DNA from: a virus
Reading direction: 5' to 3' (one strand)
DNA length: 61,367 nucleotides
IMG/VR virus record: IMGVR_UViG_3300043493_000078
Shown here: in pieces, positions 59,271 to 61,367 of the stretch
How positions within the stretch are numbered: position 1 is the first letter of the stretch
Layout of the letters: every line of letters begins with the position of its first letter
Position numbers and translations under genes: made by a program
The notes under the pieces: model-generated
Databases searched by the model: none
Seen by the model: only the letters and a program-made list of their open reading frames with translations
Told to the model about the DNA's origin: nothing

Positions 59271-60753
59271 CGAAGTCGATCCATCGATGGCCGGTTACCC
59301 GCGCTCGCGGCTGACCTCGCTGATCATCGGCACAATGCTCTCGACTGGACACGCCATCCCCGACGTGCCGATCCCGGTTCCGTCGCAGGCCGACGCGCGG
59401 CAGTTGTTCGGCTATGGCTCGATGCTCGATGCCATGGTGGAGAGCTTCACCAAGAACAATTTTTCGCAAGAGCTGTGGGTGGTGCCGATCGCACAGGCGG
59501 CCGCCGGACAGGCGGCGACCGGCACCCTTACCGTGACCGCACCAGCGACCTCATCGGGGACGCTGCCGATCTACATCGCTGGGCGGCGTGTGCAGACGTC
59601 GGTCATGGCGGGTGAGGATGTCGCCGTCGTCGGCGGCAATATCGCCAAAGCCATCAACGCTGATCCGTCAATGCCGGTCATCGCGACGACAGCGAGCACT
59701 GACGCGCCGCTGGTAACGCTGACCTGCAAATGGAAGGGCGTCGAAGGCAATGATATCGACGTGCGGCTGGCTTATGGCGGTGCACTGGCGGCCGAGATGG
59801 TCCCAGTGGGCCTCGCCATTACGCTGCCAGCCAACAACAAGCTGTCTGGCGGTTCTGGTTCGCCAGTCATCACCACCGCAATCGACAACCTGGGTGACGA
59901 AATCTACGAGTACGTCGCGACCGGCTTCAACGACAGCAACACGCTAAACGCATTGGAATACGAGTACGGCTTCAGTGATAGCGGGCGCTGGGGCTGGCTG
60001 CGGCAGCTCTATGGCCATGTGTTCGGGGCCAAGCGGGGCGATTACCCGACGTTGCTGGCCTATGGCCCCAGCAACAACAGCGGGGTTCTCTCGATCATGG
60101 GAGTCGAGCAGAATTCCCCGACACCGCCATGGAGTTGGGCTGCAGCCTATGCAGCCAAGGCGGCGCGGGCGCTGCTCAATGACCCGGCGCGCCCGCTGCA
60201 GACGCTGGCTCTGGAGGGGTGCCTGCCACCGCCCAAGCATCAGCGTTTCGACAAGGCCCAGTGCAATGCGCTCTCGGGCGTCGGCATCGCTACTCAGGGC
60301 GTCAATGACGGCGGCACCCCGGCGATCCTGCGCGAGAGCACGACCTACCAGAAGAATCTCTATGGTCAGGGCGACGATGCTTATGAAGTGATCCCGACGC
60401 TGGCCACGCTGTCGGCCCTGTTCCGATCGCAGCGGCAGGCCATCACCAGCAAGTTCCCGCGCCACAAGCTGGCCGATGACGGCACTCGTTTCGGCGCCGG
60501 TCAGGCTATCGTGACACCGAAGATCATCAAGGCCGAGCTGATCGCACAATATGTCAACGACCAGTTCCTGGGCCGCGTAGAGAATATCAAGGCATTCAAG
60601 TCCAACTTGATTGTTGAGAGGAACGTGACCGACGTGAACCGCGTCGATGTGCTCTACCCGCCTGACCTGATCAATCAGCTTCGCATATTTGCAGTGCTCG
60701 CCCAATTTCGTTTGCAATATGACAGAGGTGGCGTAACTGGAGTGATCGTCTAA
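59271..60753 (+). CDS. Tail sheath protein, exon 2 (Mu gpL-like)
   Basis: Begins (V)EVDPSMAGYPRSRLTSLIIG..., continuing the sheath N-terminal signature. The ORF track starts this ORF at ATG 59287. Confidence 0.8.
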
Positions 60754-60799
60754 GGCAAATTGTGGCGCGTGTGCGCGCACCCCTGATGAGAGGCGGTTG

Positions 60800-61367
60800 A
60801 TGGATGTCTACGGCAAGATCAGCAAGCCGTTCTGGGACGACAAGCCGGTCGCGGTCGTGGCGGGTGGCCCGTCGCTGATCGGCTTCGATTTCGAGCGGCT
60901 GCGCGGATGCCATTTGCTGGCAGTAAAAGGGGCTATGTTCGACATCCCGTGGGCTGATGCAGGCTTCGGCCTCGACATGCCGCGCTACGAGGAATGGCGC
61001 GACAAGCTCACCAGGGTGCAAAGCCGGGTCTATTGGGCAGTGCCAGAGGACCAGCTTGAAAAGACCGGCCCGCCGCCATCGAAGAACGTAACCTTCCTGC
61101 GCAGGCTCGTGGGCGAGGCGCTATCAACCGATCCTGGTGAAATCTATGGCGGCGGCACCAGCGGGTTCGGGGCATTGCAGATTTGCTTGCACAAGCGAGC
61201 CAAGCGCATCGTCCTGTTCGGTTACGATTATGATGGGGCGTATGACGGCGGGTCTTTCAGGCACAATGGCCGGCACTATGAAAAACGGCGCGCGCAGAAT
61301 TTCGAGAACTGGGTGGCGTGGGCCACACATTTCGCGGTCTATGTGCCGTATCTCAACAAGAACGGAA
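60800..61367 (+). CDS. DUF115/MptE-like (Maf-type) putative glycosyltransferase, 5' part (continues at base 1)
   Basis: VAVVAGGPSL ... GGGTSGFGALQICLHKRAKRIVLFGYDY follows the DUF115 pattern. Confidence 0.6.
   Translation, partial: MDVYGKISKPFWDDKPVAVVAGGPSLIGFDFERLRGCHLLAVKGAMFDIPWADAGFGLDMPRYEEWRDKLTRVQSRVYWAVPEDQLEKTGPPPSKNVTFLRRLVGEALSTDPGEIYGGGTSGFGALQICLHKRAKRIVLFGYDYDGAYDGGSFRHNGRHYEKRRAQNFENWVAWATHFAVYVPYLNKNG
61241..61367. repeat. Terminal overlap, right copy (identical to 1-127)
   Basis: Read directly. Confidence 0.95.

Overview
The first 127 bases are repeated exactly at the window end, so this is one closed circular (or circularly permuted) genome of 61,240 bp. It is a GC-rich temperate contractile-tailed phage or prophage; an alphaproteobacterial, Rhizobiales-like host is only a guess from sequence style. 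Three transcription blocks are visible. (1) A plus-strand late operon runs 50.0 kb, across the junction, to 22.5 kb. It has lambda-like head genes (TerS, gpA-type TerL, gpW-like, portal, ClpP-type protease, decoration protein, gpE-type capsid) joined to a Mu-like tail and baseplate, two receptor-binding proteins and a lysis cassette. (2) A minus-strand early and lysogeny block (34.3 to 22.6 kb) holds YqaJ exonuclease, a putative annealing protein, an Xis-like protein, a DnaA-domain-IV protein, tyrosine integrase and HTH regulators. (3) A plus-strand early block (34.8 to 47.2 kb) holds a Cro-like protein, three DNA methyltransferases plus a gutted fourth, RuvC, ASCH, primase-helicase and an SSB-like protein. 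The most unusual signal is a hairpin module I cannot match to anything described: GC stem, A, N9, TGGGC(A/T)TCA, N9, TG, GC stem. It occurs 14 times in two tandem arrays that bracket a two-gene cassette, one gene being an IS110-type transposase C-terminal domain without the DEDD nuclease domain. At least four more single copies have different but still complementary stems, and every copy has the same strand polarity. Other notable points:
- The tail sheath gene is split by a 254-nt GNRA-rich candidate group I intron next to a free-standing GIY-YIG gene.
- A 4.3-kb glycosyltransferase/methyltransferase island sits between sheath and tube.
- There are three homing endonuclease genes, and a tail-fibre gene whose conserved N-terminus lacks a canonical start codon.
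- A cassette-accretion hotspot is marked by repeated copies of the ruvC 3' end.
All family assignments come from motifs read by eye; no database search was run.
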